From Podarcis vaucheri (lineage: Eukaryota): DNA of 64,000 nt. Of this stretch, positions 13,855-28,800 are shown one piece after another. The translations under genes and the position numbers were made by a program. Numbering within the stretch: position 1 is the first letter of the stretch; each line of letters opens with the position of its first letter. The notes below the pieces were generated by a model. That model was not told the DNA's origin. It did no database searches and saw only the letters and a program-made list of their open reading frames with translations. The DNA lies in assembly GCA_965113315.1 (NCBI GenBank), contig OZ220373.1; one strand, written 5' to 3'.

Positions 13855-16800
13855 CTGCAGACACAAACAGGAGTAGTTGTCATGAGTCAACAAGGTAGTG
13901 TTTTGTTCTGCCAAATCATTAAGCCTTTCGTGGTTGGAAATCTTTATTAAATATTTCCAAATAAATGCACAATAGGAAAATTTAACCTACAGATTCAAAC
14001 TATGGCAATACTCTGAAAAGCTTTGTCCTGTATACAATCCCATCAAGATGGTGCCCTGATTTGAATGTTAAGAAAAAAGCATGGCTCATTATGAATGTGC
14101 ACGCCGAGTCTGCACTCGTCACTTTGCTGCTGTTTGGCACTCAGCTAAGTCATAGTTTGGTTTAGCATGTCATTTGAACCCAGACTTGTGGTATAGTTCT
14201 CCGGGACAAACCATTAGCAGTAACCTATATAGGACAAACCTTCGTTATGGCTCATGGTTAGAGCCAAAACTAGGATTTTGATGGCACACTAAGGCAAACT
14301 ATGGCTTAGGTCAGCACAGCCCTAGAGCAAAGCAACCAGAAAGGAGTGAAGCAGCTGTGATCTCCTTTCCAGGACTCTCATAGCCTTGCCAAGCAATTGA
14401 TCCTTGAACTGAAAGGAGATTTGCAATGATTGGGTGGAAACTAACTTATCATTGTAAAAAGCAAGCTGTACGACTGTATATATAGCAGACCAAAAACAAA
14501 GTAAAAGGTGGTCCCTGAAGGTAAAGAGTCCAAGGACAAGGACTCCTTAACTGAGTGCTAGAACACTAAGATATACAAAAGGCACACATTGAGAAGCATA
14601 GAAATGGAATAGAAGAAACAGTAGATTTTTTTTAACCACTGAAAGATTGCGACCTTCACCTAACAGGACACTATTTGCATGTTGACACTGTATTATTTAT
14701 AGTATTACTGCAGTTACTAGACAGTTTGCAGCCATATTTTGCATGATCACACTATGGCCATATGGCCATGACTGACGGTCTGTTGTGGCAACAAGCTGCA
14801 GTGAGCATCAGGCTCATTCACTTCCCTTCTTCCCTCCCCCTGCTTATCCAGAAACTGCTGCATTTGGTTTTACTTAACTGTGCTTTGCCATAGTATCAAG
14901 ACGAACAAACTGCGGTTAAGATTAATATGGTTATTTCAAACAATCTTCGAACCGTAGCTACTGGAAGCTACCATAGTAAAATTTTAGCACAATTCCAAGT
15001 CTGAACTAAGTAACATGCTGTAGTTGATCAAAAGGGGAGTGAAAGAGCCAAAACACATCCTCCTGGTTGTAGAAAATGGGGAGACGAATGGAGGGCTGGG
15101 GAATGTGCAAACCAGAAATTCTCTATGGCTTGTTTTATGACTTATCATGACTTCTGATATATGTATTAACAGCCAATATGTACCAAAAGCCTTTGCATGC
15201 TTAACCCTTGTAACAGTTTAGATTTAAGGTGGGGGTTAACAACACTCTCACATGAACAATACAGTGTATGCAGAAGGCGAGGGTTATTTCTTTAATATAT
15301 TTCGCCTCAAAATTGTTTTGTTTTCATTGTTTTGGATTCCAATTGAAATATTATGCACGGCATAGATATATCTGATATGGACCTGTGATACAAAGATGAA
15401 TAAATACTACTACTAACAATAACCATATAAAATACCCTGGTTTCTTAAATTCTATGTGTAAGAAGGCTTTTTAGAAATATTCAAAGTAACTACTACCTCG
15501 GTATAAGATTCAGGAAAATCTGTACCGTAGGTTGTTTCTACACATGAGATTAATCCTAGCCATTTTCTCAGAACAGATTATGAACAGGGCTATCTATGTG
15601 ATTCGATGATAGAGAAGTTTGCCTATTAAGCTGACTAGTCTTTGTGAGTAGTTATCCCTATTAAATAGCTGGGGGGGGAGGTAACTGCTAAGGCTTGTAA
15701 GAGAATGGATATACACAGTGTAGGCTAGAGAAGGGGCAGTCGATGGAAAGAAGTATTTCCCCTTTTAGAAATAAATTGTGGCAATGAATAAACTCCATCC
15801 CAAATTGGTCATTATTTGTGATGAGCAAACTCTCATTGAACATCTATTTGGTCTTTTTACCCTTTCCTTGATAATACTGCGGGGGTAGGTAACCTTGATC
15901 ATTTCCTCCCAACTACTCTTGATGAAAGCTAAAAAACCTAAATGAAGCATGCCTGCCTCTATCCTTTCAGTTTCTCTTTCCCAGCCATCTCTCTCCCCAT
16001 ATTGCTGAGAAGTGGAAGGGCATAAGTGGTGATGGGAAGGTCTTGCTAGAATCAGAAAATATATTTCTGGCTTGTCCTTAGCAGGAAATGGAATTCATGA
16101 ACAAGTCATGGAGAAAGTAAGGAAGAAGCCCTTCAGCAGCATGCAGTGAAATTTTCCATAGGGGAACAGTTCAGGCCAGAGGCATCGCATCTTCCTCTCT
16201 AAGCCAGACAGAAACTTCCCAGGCTTTGGGAAGGAAGTGCCAGGGGAACATTGAGGGGACTAGCCTAGTCCCCCTAGTCCACTGACCACACACTACTGAA
16301 GCCCTTATACAGTGGTGCCCCACAAGACGAAAAGAATCCGTTCTGTGATTCTCTTTGTCTAGCGGTTTTTTCGTCTTGCAAAGCAAGCCCATTGATGGAT
16401 TAGCGGATTATCGCTATTAGCGGCTTATCTGCTGATTGGATCAGCTGATAAGCGGCTTAGCGGCTTAGAAAAAGGGGGGAGGAAAAAAACCAGCAGCAAC
16501 TCGCAAGACATTGTCGTCTTGCGAAGCAAGCCCATAGGAAATTCGTTTTGCGAAGCACCTCCAAAACGGAAAACTCTTTCGTCTAGCGAGTTTTCCGTCT
16601 TGCGAGGCATTCGTCTTGCGGGGCACCACTGTATGCTAGGTTTCTATGTGAACTGCAGTTTGGAAGTCTATCGAGTTGTGTGAAGAACTTATACAAATAC
16701 TTTTTAGAGACCATTATTTTTACTTGGTTTTTTTTAAGCCCCCCCCCATCCCTTTCCTAGCAATGCTTTCCCACTAAACAGCAATACTTCCTTTTATCCT

Positions 16801-19800
16801 TATAAGTTGAAAAGAGCAGCACAGGAGGAGTGCCAAAAATATGAGTGTTAATGTAGCTTCTGCTACTGTTTGTGCTGGAGCAGGCCATCAATGTTTCATT
16901 TTCATTGTCGATTCAAAGGATCACCTGAAGGTGTTGTAGTAACCAAAGTGTGGTTCTCAGGGGTGAGAGAACAACACTCCCTCCATCCTCTGTCTTTGGT
17001 TCTACCTTTCTGTTCAAATAACTCATGTGTTATTGGGGGCAATGCAAGTAATGCAGCCGACTTGTTGGAGAGAAAGTTTATTCCACAGCATATACATTTC
17101 AACTGCATTTATTCTGTAGTTATTTAGGATCATTTCAGCTTTGCTTTATAAGGCACTGCTGTTCCTTCTCAGACCTTTGGATGGCATAGCATCTAAATAG
17201 TCGAAAAAAAGATTATAGAGCAAACATTAAGGAAACAGTATTTTACTTAAGGTTTATGTAGGGGGGGAATGCTTAACATTGCTTCAGAATCTGTGCTTTA
17301 AATTTTGCTGTCTGCAACCTTGCTTGAAATCCAGCATTATTAATCAAACAAAGGAAAGGCACCGGGGAAATCAGAAAGCTCTAATGCAAGCAGTTAAAAG
17401 TGACATGACCTTCTGTAATGTCACTTGTCACAGATGTATATGACACATAGCAGTGGAAGATATTGAAAGAACCTAATTCCTGGTGCTGATCCATGATTAT
17501 TATACGAATATAGATGACACTTAAGAGCACACATAAGATGGTCTCACATATTACACACGAGTTTCTTTATTGTGCTTACTGTTTAGCCATAAATTACACA
17601 ATATGGCTCAAGAACCCTCTTCCCTTTCTGCTTTGCAAGGTATTTATTGACAAAAAAGCAAGACAGAATTATTTGTATGACAGCATTCAGACCATATATC
17701 ATTTCCTCCTGCCAGAATGCAAGCATCATAGTATACACATAACAAATGCAACAGAAATAGGCAGCAGACAACATGACACATAAGTTGCTTAAATGCCCAT
17801 ATCCATCCCAACATAGCAGATATAATTGCAATTGAAATATGCAGAATACATTGAAATCATGTAATTATATAGTTAGAAGCGGTGGTGACTGATGCCCATT
17901 GGAACAGGGAGGATGGAAGGCAGGAAACCCAACAGTGGGTGGAGCCAGGTCCAATTGACAGACAGAACCAACGAATTCTAGCTTTGTCCCCATCCTCATC
18001 TTCACTGTGTGAGAATAAGAGGGATGAAGCTCCCCACCCTGAACTGGTTATAATGGCAAGTGTGAGCTGGCTGAAGGCAGACTGAAGTTGACGGGGCAGC
18101 ATCCCATTTGCCTTAATAGACCAGCCTTCACTGGTTGGAAGGAGACAGAAGTTCATCCAGTTTATATTCAGTAAGATACATAGAGTGTTGAACCAACACC
18201 ATTGGGTCTCTGAGTTATTTTCCTGAATCAGGTATTTGCAATTGAAGGATTTGTTCTTTACAGGTCACTGGTAACCCTCCTATAGTTAAAAGGTTCCAGA
18301 TGAGACTCAGGCCTTTGTCTGACCCCCCCCCAATGTAGCCAAGATTTATTGATTTCACTTAAATATTTATAAATTGCACCTTCATACAGTTGTAATTGAA
18401 ATTATTCAACTCCCGTTGCAAATCAGGTTTATTATAAAAATTTGCAGACTTTCAGCTGTTTGCAATGAGCAAATCAAACAAAAGGAATTGAAATAGCTTG
18501 ACACAATGGATGCTTCAAGTGGTTTCCCCAAATTCAGCTGAAATCACAGGTCTCGGGTTTGAAAGATCTTGGGTTTTAAGGGCCTGCTTGATTAACACAG
18601 GCTTTTCTTTTTTAAAAAAAGATGTCTAAAATGATTGGGAATGATTCCTGCCAAACCTCTATCAAGAAGGGGTTTCACAAGGCAGGACCCGCCACACTAA
18701 AGGTCTGGCCAGCCAAACCTCAGGGGCAGGTGGGACCTGGTGCTTCACAGTCATCCCTCTCCCTTGGCTGCCTTCTAGGTTTGTGCTAACTTCAATTTCC
18801 TACCGCCCTGAATATACTCTAGTTTTGGCTCCATTCAATTCTGGCTTTATGTTTCCTTTGAATTGGCTATGGCAATCAAACCGGTTTTGTTGGCCCTCAA
18901 CTCAATACTTCCACTGGTGTTTCTCTGGGTGTTTCACCTTCTGTGTCATGCAAAGACACATTGGGGAGCTTGATATCCTGATCAAAAGGAAGGAAAACAA
19001 AACCAACCAAGTAATCCTGCCACAGATCAGCCTCTGCAAACCAGACCACAGCATGCTAGACTAGAAGCAGAAAGCAGCAAAGCTCCCTGCAGAATGAACA
19101 GCCCCAGATGGTTCAAGCAACAGAGCTGACCTACACACCAAAAAACAAACAAACAAACACCCCAAGGACACAGTTGACTTTAAATTCTGGAGCTGACATA
19201 ACTCCAATTGCAATGTAATACGGTTTAATATCACTGGACCAATGGTACTTTTAAATATGTGAAAGAATATTTCACACGAAAAACATGTGAAAAGAGGAAA
19301 GTTTGTAGATGTGCAAGTGTGCTAATGCATGCAATGTTATATGTAGAAACAGACACACAACAAAATAGGCTCACTCCACGTAACCATCATATCTATGTTG
19401 ATCAGCCCAGATGATTATGTAACCTAGCACATGGCTGCACATTTCCCCTGCATGTAGCCAGGGTTATTAGTATATTAATATTATTGTTCTTTGCAACTAG
19501 ATTCCTGTTAGGTAGGGTCATATTAATATGGCAATTTTACAGAATCACAGGGCTACTTAGCACTTTATGGTCATGATAGTTAAATTAGAGAAAAGGCATT
19601 TGATTAGCTCTCCTTGTGACATCAATATGACTTAAAAGAACTTAACTTTGGCTAAATCATGCCCTACACCTAAACATATGGAATATGAATGCTACCAACA
19701 TTTATTTGCAATCATTTTTCATAAAGAAATGCTTCTTAGGGAACCTTGGGTAACAGAAACTCTGTATGGACTCTTCACTTGGGTGTCAAACCCGGGTAAA

Positions 19801-22800
19801 CCTCTGAAATGAATAAAATGCAGAATGGCCCTTTTTGTCACTTGGCAGACAACACAGAAAAATGTTTCCCATACAAAGATAGGCAGTCCTTTTTTATTAA
19901 CTGTTGTACCACCATCATGGTCCTGCACATATATAATAAAAATAGTGCTGACTTTAATATTTACCAAGAAGCATAGAAACATGGCTAAGTTAAAAAGCCA
20001 TACAACAATTCTGAATGAATTGCATAATATAAAGAATGAAAGCTACAGAAAATCACAAGTCATGTGGGCATTCTCAATAGTTGAAAAATAATAAAAAGTG
20101 TAGGCATCTGAATTAGTGAAATGCTGGATAATCCTGGAGCATTCCGACATCATTCAGAGCACACCTGTTTTTTGAAAGTACACAGAAGTTAACATAAGTT
20201 ACCAAAACAAATATTTGCATATACTGTATATTTATTTTGACCTAAAATGATATGAAACCGTGGCCTGACACTATTTTTTTATTCAATAATGGGAACAGAA
20301 CTGAGTCCTGAGTCAATGTTTCTACTCTAGGGACACAAAGGGATTCGTGAGGAATCTGGAGCTGATTTAATTCCCTGCCCTCCCATTTGTCTCTGCAAAA
20401 TCTAAACCACAATATGCGTCCGCGTGTCAGTTGATTTACAGTGCTTACACATAATTATAATATAAAATTATTGAATGTGCATGGATTGAAGAGGATGTGT
20501 AAAACCACTCAGACTATTGCAGGTCATCTGAAAGTACTTTAGGTCAAGCTGAAGATTCCCTACAGTCAATAAGCCTAGTATCAGAGTCTTATGTGGTCAT
20601 TTTCACAACAGGGCATCTGCTTCTCTCACACAGAACAGTGGAAGAAGAACTTTTTAAAATGCCGTAATTGAAACAAAACATCCATCTCTTACAGAATGGC
20701 AGCTTCAAGATAAACATATGCACCTGTGGACAGAGCACATGCAGGCTCAAGCCGCTTAAGCAAGTTATTGCGGTTACCAGGCTCACAACCTATGTAGGAT
20801 GTGCTTTCCTGTGCACAATGTTATCCCCAGGCTAGGCATGTAAAGCCTGCTTCTACACACAGGTATAAATTCTAGAAGGCATTTATAAACAATTGATGTT
20901 AATTGTATGGCATATCTGCAACAGTATTTGGAAAACCCATGGCAGCATGAATAAAACCAAGCCGCTATTAAACATTTGACCTTGGGCTATCTCATCTACC
21001 ATAGTCATCAAGGTAACTGAACCATTAGATGTCATAATTAATATGATGAGCTTGCCACTAAAGGTTGAATATATTGCTCTACATAAGGAGGCAAGTTGAA
21101 AGAAAGCAGCACTGGTACTTTGCAGTGGAAAGACAGGCATCTTTATCTTTAAAGAAATGCTTTCCAAAGTTTCATTGCGTTAGTCTGGGAAAGGGAAATG
21201 TTAATATTGTAATTTTAGGCAGACATCTCATAGGAAGTGGGGATTTTACTTGTGATGCATTCAATTCATTACATAATAGCCTTGCATGATCAACAGATTT
21301 TTAAAACAATTGAGATCTATGTAGTATAAACAGGCACTACAGTAAATCCAACGTAATTTGCAATATGCAACTTTAATTGTTAGCTTAATGTGCCCTTTAT
21401 GCTAGTACAGTTAATACTAAGACTACTGCAAATCTACACTTGTATATATCTTTAATGAGTTTGTGTGCTGTTTCTCACATTTTTCACAAAGAACTATGCA
21501 GTATATTGAATGTTTATTTGAACTATGTCTCCATCTAAAGGATTTTAAAGTCCATTGTAATTTTCTTGTACACATATCCCCAAAATGCACATTTACAATT
21601 TCCCATAAATTCAAGGGAGATTTCAAAGTATGCATGATTAGGCTAAATGAATTAATATACAGTGGTACCTCAGGTTAAGTACTTAATTCGTTCCGGAGGT
21701 CCGTATTTAACCTGAAACTGTTCTTAACCTGAAGACCACTTTAGCTAATGGGGCTTCCTGCTGCCTCCGCGCCACCAGAGCACAATTTCTGTTCTCATCC
21801 TGAAGCAAAGTTCTTAACCTGAAGCACTATTTCTGGGTTAGCGGAGTCTGTAACCTGAAGCGTATGTAACCTGAAGCGTATGTAACCTGAGGTACCACTG
21901 TAGTTTATCAAGTGAGATTTTAGTATCATGGCACTGGGATCCTCAGTTAGGAACTTGGACCTTAGCAGTTAAGCATGTTTCACATAAACAGTTATGAACA
22001 AGTTGTTTCACGTCTTCCTATTAATACCATTATATACAAGAGAATCCTAGCCAGGTCTACTCAGAAGTATGTCCTATTGCATTCAATCGGCTAGATAAAA
22101 GGGATAGGACTACAGGCCTTAGTTGGGAAGCTCAAACTTATGGCACGACTTCAGAGTCTGAGGGCACAAATGGACTGCCCAGCAGTCATAATAAGGATGA
22201 AGACATGCTTTACAGTCAGCCTCAACCATGTGTTTACACATTCTATTGCTTGTGGGAGCAATATAGCATTTTCGCCCTGAAAGAAGACGGCCCCAAACAT
22301 GGGGACTGCCCTGTTTGAAAACTAGCCTTCAGTCATGAGAAAAACACTGCATAAACACAGGAGGTGAGAGTTGAATTGCTCTAAGGGAACTTTATATGGG
22401 GGACAGGGAAGTGCAGTGCGTGAATGAGGAACTCTCTGTGGACTGCAGCACCAAACAAGTGTAGGAACTGGGACATTGCATTGCAAAGATAAATGGGGAA
22501 GGCACATCGCCATCCTTTCTGCACAGAACTGCATCTTAATCAAATATTTGATCTATTAATTTGATAACTACCTTGAGATACTGGAAAAGCTGCAGCTAAT
22601 TATGATAAACTGAAACCCCTCCCCACAAATGAATAATTTAAAAATAGTGTTCAACTGAGAAGCTGTGACCCACACCTGGGCTATATCAGTGGCATCACTG
22701 TTTTGTGTTGTACTTTCTATTTGCATTACTAACAGAAAGAGTGGCAGAAACATAGGGAGAAGACCAAAATATATAACAGTTGTTTTATTGTCGAGTTTCA

Positions 22801-25800
22801 GAACTGGGGGTGGTGGTGACAGTTGAAAAACACATAGTGAGCTTTTGTAATCAGAGTCAAATATCCCTTTCAATTTCAGCTCAGCTCATAAATACTTTTG
22901 ACCTATTCTAAGTTGAGTTCCATTCCGTTTCCTTTTCTCCAAGACTGACCTTCTAGAACAGGCATAGGCAAACTCCGGCCCTCCAGATGTTTAGGACTAC
23001 AATTCCCACCATCCCTGACCACTGATCCTGTTAGCTAGGGATGATGGGAATTGTAGACCCAAACATCTGGAGGGCCGAAGTTTGCCTATGCCTGTTCTAG
23101 ACTGAGTGAAAGGAAAAGAGACCACAAAGGGGAGGCCCTTTGCAGGCTAAAGAGCTTGATCATTAGGAGAAATAAACAGAGTAGAAATAAAGAGAAATAA
23201 ATATTTCTAAATAGAAATATCCCTATCTATAACACACTACTGAGGTCCTTCCCCGTAACTCAGTATCACCTATGTAATACACAACAAAGCATGTTTCTTT
23301 GAGAAGGCGAGTTCCAAAGAAGATGTTCCACAACTGAAGAAGCCCTGTTCCTTGTCCCACAAGGCAAACCCCTCACCACCATTTATTTATTTATTTCATT
23401 TTTGTAAATTACTGTAAAAAGGCAACCATTTTGTCTCTAGGCTGAGACAAAAAAAGATTAATGGTATTTGCTCTTGGACACGTAGCAACACTCAGAAATA
23501 AAAGAACATTTTAAGCCATTAGAAAATTAGCTAAAAATACTACAAAGTAGAACAAAGCATACATATAGGTGGAAAATGTTTCCCTGCCACTTAAAAGTGA
23601 CGAGACAAGATTGGTCCATCTGTCATAATCAGACAGCAACTTGGTGAATAATGTCATTGATCTGAAGCATTATTACAGACTCTCATGCTGGAATTGATTG
23701 GGAAACCGAGATTGTTATGTAGGAGAGGCATTCTATGGGCAAAGGCCTTCTGAGATGCTGCATTTTAATTTTCTTTAATACATATCAGCATGTTAAAGAG
23801 GAATAAGAACAGAAAAGGAAGCTTGGTGAATCAAACCAATGATTCACCCTTCCGGAGCTAGTGCACTGAATGGGTCTCATCCCCCAAGAAAGGCCTCCTA
23901 AACCCCAGTAAGCAAGGTGGAAAGCTTAAAAACTCTTTCCGCACTGGGAATATTTTTAAATTCTCCGCTTTCCTTATGTTCAGTTTGTGTGATTTCAACT
24001 GGCCATCCATCAGGTGCATAAAGTTGAAACTGTGTAAGTTAAATGCGCCCAAGCTGCAAGTTACCTGTACTCATAAATGCTTCTAACTGCAGCAACCATT
24101 TTACACGCACCCAACTGACAGGTGTTCGCCTACACAGGGGTCTTTTGGACTCAGAAGGTGGCAGAATGGTGGCAGAACAGGGTGGGCTTATGTGTAATCT
24201 GCCAACACGTGCAAGGATCAGGAACTGAACCCCTGTGCAAAATGGTAGCTGCCTGTACATAATTATTATCTACCATCTATTAACTGGACTTCAGCTAGTC
24301 ACTTATTGCTGTGTTTTATAAAATTAGACCAATACTCTTTAATAAATATGCATTTGTTATTTGATCAGCATACAGCACTGTTTTTCTGTCAACCGGAGCC
24401 ATCTATTCTCATGTGCTTTTAGTTTCCCCTTGCACTTCCAAGTCTAGATTGTGTTGCCCTGCCACTGTCAGCGCTGTTGGGTTCCCAGACTCTGCCCTGA
24501 ACCCCACCCATTGTCCCCATTTTCATCAAAGAAGTGCTGGAAGGAGGTACATGCCAAGATTTTATGTTCCGGCATCCACAACTTTGCACCAGGTCTCTGG
24601 TGTTTTCCACAGTTTCCTTGGGATTTTAAGAAGGTTGGCAGCAATTCATGAAAGGTCCTCATATTTATGGGGTCTCTTGTTTGGATGTTCAACTTCTTAT
24701 TATGGCGAGGAGTGTGGTAGAACTGCAAAGCCTAAGAGGCAATCACTTAATGTCTCTCTAGGGGTGAACCAACACCCAAATAGGCTTATTGCTTAAATTC
24801 CACTTCAAAGTTCTGCCTCCGTGAAGAGAAGGGTCTTCTGCCCTCTGCCTCTGCAGCAAAAAAGTTTAAGAGACACTTACCGTATCACGTTGTCTATTAT
24901 CTTTCCCTGAAATGATCAGGAAGTAGTTCCACACCAACAGTAGCAACAGTGTTAGAGGAATCATGTACAGCTCAAAATTCCAGGTCACAAAGAGGAACAG
25001 CTGGAACCAAAGAGAACAAAAAGGTATTTAGATTTCCTTGAGTGACAATATGCAAAGTAGAGTATTATACACTAAAATTTCCCATTTCTGGCACAGAAAA
25101 AATATATTAAACATGTCCTTAAATCTGTTGCTTTCAGCAGTTCTTACACAGGGCAACCCACTTTATCTCAGGCAAAAAGAAAAAATTGATACTTTTCAAA
25201 GCCTAGAGTTTAGACACCGTTTCTCTCATAGCAGCAGAACCATCTGTGAATTTTGTAATTTTGGCAAAGAAGTGTCCCAAAGCTTTAAGGACTCATGCAA
25301 GACAATGTTTTCAATGTTGTTAACATTAGTAGCAGCAGCAGCAGCCTGCTACCATGATCCTTCCAAGGATTCATGTGAGGGCAGTCAAGTATTGAGAAAC
25401 TTACAGGCTTCTTGGGAAGTGTACTTTAAACAGTACAGGTTCAGAAGTCAACAGGAACAACTGAGACCAGCATTTGGATTACTACTGGGATAGGAAAGTA
25501 GCTTTGGAGCCCTAACAACTGAGCTTGGATAACAAAGCAGGTGTTAGCAAATAAAACTTGAGTCTTCTGTAGCCACATTAACACTAAAGAGATTATAAAT
25601 TTTGCAGTTCATTTGTTCACATGAGGTGATATAAGGAATCTTTTCAGAAGTGAAACAAGGCACAAGTATTTGAAAACAAATATAGTCCCCTCCCCAGTTC
25701 ACTGTAATTAAGAACAGATTAGTCGATTAACAAAAATATTATAACAACTACCAATCGCACAGAAGACTTAAAGAAGCAGACTTAAAAGAAATGTTTACTT

Positions 25801-28800
25801 GTGTTAAAACATATTTTCATGAAAAAACCCACGAGGCAGATTAATTTTATTTTAAAATATTACTGCTTAATATATAAATGTCCATAAGTGGTGTACAGCA
25901 AATGAGAAAATGTATTACAAACATATACAGACGCTATCTTAGAAGATATTCTTCTGCCTCTTTTTCAGAGAAGGCCTCTTAACATGGTGCCTGCCATGCA
26001 TCTTATTTAAGGGTGACTTTTATTTATATGCAAGTTTCTGCAGATATAATCAATGAATTCATCTATTAAAACTTATGGATAATTAGTTAATTAATTAATA
26101 TGTGGGAAGCGACATAACACCTCTGCAATGGTATAAAGCAGATTATAATCCTAAGATTATACTACTGCCTGTTTATGAGACAAAATTGGAGGACATCTCT
26201 TGATAGGGATGATGCCTCCTTGGAGAATGCTTCCAGTATGAAGGTTATCCAAAACACTGAGAGGAACAAGGAATGGGGGTGGGGGGCAGAGGAAGCCTGC
26301 CTTGGCTTAGGAAACTGCTCTGATATGTCCCTTGTCAAGGAATATCCTCCGGGCTCATCTCACAAAAATGTAAACGTGTTCTTACTATGAATTTCTGTTT
26401 GGAGATCTAGTATGTTCCACCCTCCACTCCTGCCTCTACCGACAATCTTGATGAGTGTGGGTTATGCCTTCTGTTGCTGCCTCACATACTGTGAGGGCTT
26501 CCTTTCCCTTCCTTAGGTTTTTGCTCCTTAATTGAGATTTCTGTCTTTTCTTGTTAGGGCAAGTTCTATTGTTTCTTCTGTCTCCTTTGTTAGTTCCCCG
26601 TTTTCTTTCCTGTTATCCATAGCATTGTAACAGTTAGGTTCCAGTCATCAATGTGGTTCCAGTTGAATAATCGTTTAGGGGTCGGGGAGTTGTCCACTCT
26701 GCCAGTTGGTCTGGTGAAAGAGGATTCCTCCTCCTCCTAGAGAGGAGGCAAAAGGCCTGCCTGATCTTTCCAGTAGAAGGCATCATCTCTATCAAGGAAT
26801 GTCCTCCATACTTCTTTCCAAACAGAAATTCACAGTCAATGTTGCTGTTGTTGTTGTTAACCCACTCTTCACTGAAGTGTTCAATTCCACATAACAACGA
26901 AATAAATAATAATAAATATAAACAGAGAAAATACAAAACATATAGAACCCATAAAAACAAGACCAATTAAAAAAAATAATTAACAGCTACGTTTAAAAAA
27001 AGAAAACAACTCAATGCACAGATGACTTGCCTCCTCATGAGCAGTCATGCTTCACCCTTTTCAGTTATGACCATAAAGTAGACCATAACCTATGAAGCAA
27101 ATAGGCGTTTAAAAAAGAAGGAAGTGTAACGGCTATATCCTTTATAACACTATGGAAATGTAGGCATAATGTGGTAGTCTGGGTTCAGATTCATTTTATT
27201 ATATTTCGGGGAACCAATGATCACATAATTCTAATACATTTAGAACATCCAAAATGATCCGCACCAAGCCCAAGTCCAAAATAAAACCATACATGCTAAA
27301 ATGTATAAAATGGAAAAAATGTATAAAATGTGGGAGTCTAGACTCACAAAAAACACCCTTTAATTCTTAAAATTGTAGAATGATTCTTGTCCAGCCATTT
27401 TAAACACACCTGTGCAAATAGAAAGCTACCTTGTTTTTAATAAGAGATAAATACACAGGACTGCATTGTTGCTGGGCAACCTAAGATTTCAACTTTAAAT
27501 GAAGGATCACAACCAATGGAGAAAGAGCTAATAATAAAAGATGCATCATTTTCATATATTTAATTACAACATCTTTGAGGGAAAAAATGAAATGAAATTG
27601 ATGCTGAAACCATCCACACAAAGCACTTGATTCAATCTTCTGTGAGATTAGTATCAGCTGTTTTTTTAGAATTTGTGCTCCTTTCTTGCAGCTACATCAG
27701 TAAACCTGGTGATGATCATGCAGTCAAAGCAGATATGATTATACAGTGACATCACTGGGGACAAACAATGCCTGGAGTACAGGGGGAGGGAATAACAGCT
27801 CATTTGGGACTCCGGGTGGGAAACGTTTTGATGCATGCCGCAGCTGTGGTGGGTCTAGGTAGGCCTTCATCATCTGGTGTAGCAAGGGGAGGAGATGGTT
27901 ACCAGCTACCATTCACCCCCAGCCACAACGATCCTCTCAGGTATGGGCCAAAAAGGACTCTTCATACTGCTCAATAAGACAGGATGCCCACCTAAGCTCT
28001 ACAATATAATTGTGTCCTTCCACGAGAACATCCATGGCACCTTCCAATATGATAGTTCATACTCCGATGCCTTCTCTATAAAGAGTGCTGTGAAACAGAG
28101 CTGTGTTTCTGCTCCAACTCTCTTTGGCATATACTTTGCCTTGTTGCTCTGTTCTGCCTTCAGCTCAACTGAAGATGGTGTGTACTTCCATTCAAGGAAC
28201 AACGGGGGTCTGTTCAACCTGGCACAGCATTTACAGCGCACTTCCAGGAAGCTCTACAGCCCAAGCTGTAAATGATTTTGTTTCCCTAGATTCCACCATA
28301 ACCAGCAACTTCTCCATCAATGCTGAGCTGGACAAGCATATTGTCAAGGCAGCCACAGCAGTGGCTCACCTCTTGAAGAGGGTTGGGGAGAATGTGATGC
28401 TAACAACCAATACCAAGGTAAAGGTCTACCATGCTTGTATGTTGAGCACACACTGCTTTATGGAAGTCAGACAAGGAATTAGTGATACAGAAAGCTGTAC
28501 ACCATTAATTTGGGCTGCAGATAGAGACTTTTCCTTCCTCTTTTTTGTGTACAATGCAATCCTCAGTTGAGGGGGAGCAAAGTGTCTCGGAGATCATCAT
28601 CATTATGTGAATATTTACAGATTTCTCTGTTAAATATGCTGTTTTCACTTCTGTCTGACTTTTGCCAATATGAAAGTTACTACAGTGGCATGAATTTTTC
28701 ATCGGTAATTCGTGGACTGTTAATGTGATGCTTGTATCTACAGACTCTGGGGCTTGCATTGTGGAATTGTCAGTATTTTCAAAGCAAAGTCACAGCACTT

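Noticed and set aside
25038-25493. 151-aa plus-strand ORF next to an MCTP1 exon (also 7983..8390 and 24413..24796)
   Set aside because: No recognisable domain, non-ATG starts and intron-like composition; expected by chance in 64 kb.
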